Shown: positions 63,307 through 64,000 of the stretch, piece by piece
How the letters are laid out: the number at the start of each line of letters is the position of its first letter
Position numbering within the stretch: the first letter of the stretch is position 1
Source of the DNA: an uncultured Pseudomonadota bacterium
GTDB taxonomy: Bacteria; Myxococcota_A; Polyangia; Fen-1088
Length of the DNA stretch: 64,000 bases
Reading direction: 5' to 3'
NCBI GenBank assembly: GCA_963847705.1
Contig: CAWKBC010000027.1
Coordinates: 704,001-768,000 of the forward strand
Made by a program: the position numbers and the translations under genes
The notes under the pieces: model-generated
Databases searched by the model: none
Told to the model about the DNA's origin: nothing
Seen by the model: the letters and a program-made list of their open reading frames with translations, nothing else

Positions 63307-63428
63307 CGCTCGCTCCCACTCCGCTCCGCGCGCGAACTTTTTCCGGCGCGTGGGCTGCCATTTCAAAATGTGAGCGCAGCCCACGCGCCGGAAAAAGTCC
63401 CGTGCGGACCGGAGCGGGAGCTCGAGCG
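63307..63428. repeat. Long inverted repeat (MITE/REP-like hairpin)
   Basis: Perfect 23-bp arms at 63336-63358 and 63376-63398, with imperfect outer arms. Confidence 0.85.
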
Positions 63429-63485
63429 GCGGACCTCGATTCCGCACGGCCTGCGGGTCGCGGCGTTTGGTGGGCGGATCAGAGC

Positions 63486-63621
63486 GGTCGAGGTGTTGGG
63501 GCGATCCGGGGTGTTGGAGTGGGTCGAGGTGTTGGAGTGGGGTGGTCGAGGTGTTCGAGCGGGGCGAGGTGTTGGTGGCATTGGGGTGGTCGAGGTGTTC
63601 GAGTGGGTCGAGGTGTTGGGG
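63486..63621. repeat. G-rich degenerate direct repeat (G[A/G]GGTGTT x7)
   Basis: Cores lie at 63490, 63508, 63526, 63548, 63566, 63592 and 63610. Confidence 0.8.
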
Positions 63622-63679
63622 CATTGGCCGATGGGCCACGAAAGTGGGGTGCCTGCAGCGCGTGGTGTAAGGTCATTTG

Positions 63680-64000
63680 GTGACCGTAGAGAGCGGCCTC
63701 GATGTTCTTTGCAAAGACCGTCTGAGCCTTCTGCGAGGAAGGCGCGTCGGGGTTCTCTGCCACCCGGCCAGCGTCGCGTCCGATCTCACGCACGTGGTCG
63801 ACAGGCTGATCGAGGTGGGCGTCCGGCCCAGCCGGCTTTACGGCCCGGAGCACGGCGTGCGCGGCGAGGCGCAGGACATGATCGGCGTCGACGACGATCG
63901 CGATCGCCGCACCGGGATCCCGGTGGTCAGCCTCTACGGCGAGACGTTCGAGTCACTGGCGCCCTCCGCGGCCGATCTGGCCGGGATCGACGTGCTGGTG
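63680..64000 (+). CDS. DUF1343 / exo-beta-N-acetylmuramidase NamZ family protein, 3'-partial
   Basis: Own translation (absent from the ORF track): VTVESGLDVL...GRRVGVLCHPASV...LYGPEHGVRGEAQD...TGIPVVSLYG. Confidence 0.88.
   Translation, partial: MTVESGLDVLCKDRLSLLRGRRVGVLCHPASVASDLTHVVDRLIEVGVRPSRLYGPEHGVRGEAQDMIGVDDDRDRRTGIPVVSLYGETFESLAPSAADLAGIDVLV

Noticed and set aside
62966-63621. Possible CRISPR array
   Set aside because: The units are contiguous with no unique spacers of constant length, and there are no cas genes in the window.
1-64000. tRNA/rRNA genes, transposases, prophage or defence genes
   Set aside because: None was recognisable by eye. A tRNAscan/Infernal run would be needed to exclude small RNAs.

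Overview
This is high-GC chromosomal DNA of myxobacterial (Polyangia-like) character, judged from the Hanks-type kinases, FHA-sigma54 activators, MXAN_5187-type protein and MopE and CFI-box motifs. Most of the window is housekeeping or conserved genes: amtB, rpsT, holA, mutY, proS, pyrF, rlmB, asd, coaBC, a family-4 UDG, an RND pump, HU, adenosine deaminase, mutS and a NamZ fragment. I saw no rRNA, tRNA, CRISPR array or transposase. The most striking accessory block is 6.4-14.5 kb. It holds an FHA-sigma54 activator, two paralogous membrane Ser/Thr kinases with Cys-containing beta-propeller ectodomains, a hidden 47-aa secreted Cys-loop peptide gene and a second FHA-sigma54 activator. The peptide gene has its own sigma54 -24/-12 promoter, Shine-Dalgarno and terminator hairpin. 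I infer a candidate peptide-ligand / receptor-kinase / FHA-enhancer autoinduction circuit. Other oddities are a tandem repeat of the RBS+GTGA junction that makes three translationally coupled mini-ORFs between CoA-transferase subunits, and a DUF4388-Roadblock-Amt operon without GlnK. There is also a LigD with a dead ligase domain, a 5'-truncated TetX-like monooxygenase, frameshifts in mutS and a dual-domain kinase, and a composite repeat region at 62.96-63.62 kb. All calls come from reading motifs by eye; no database searches were run.
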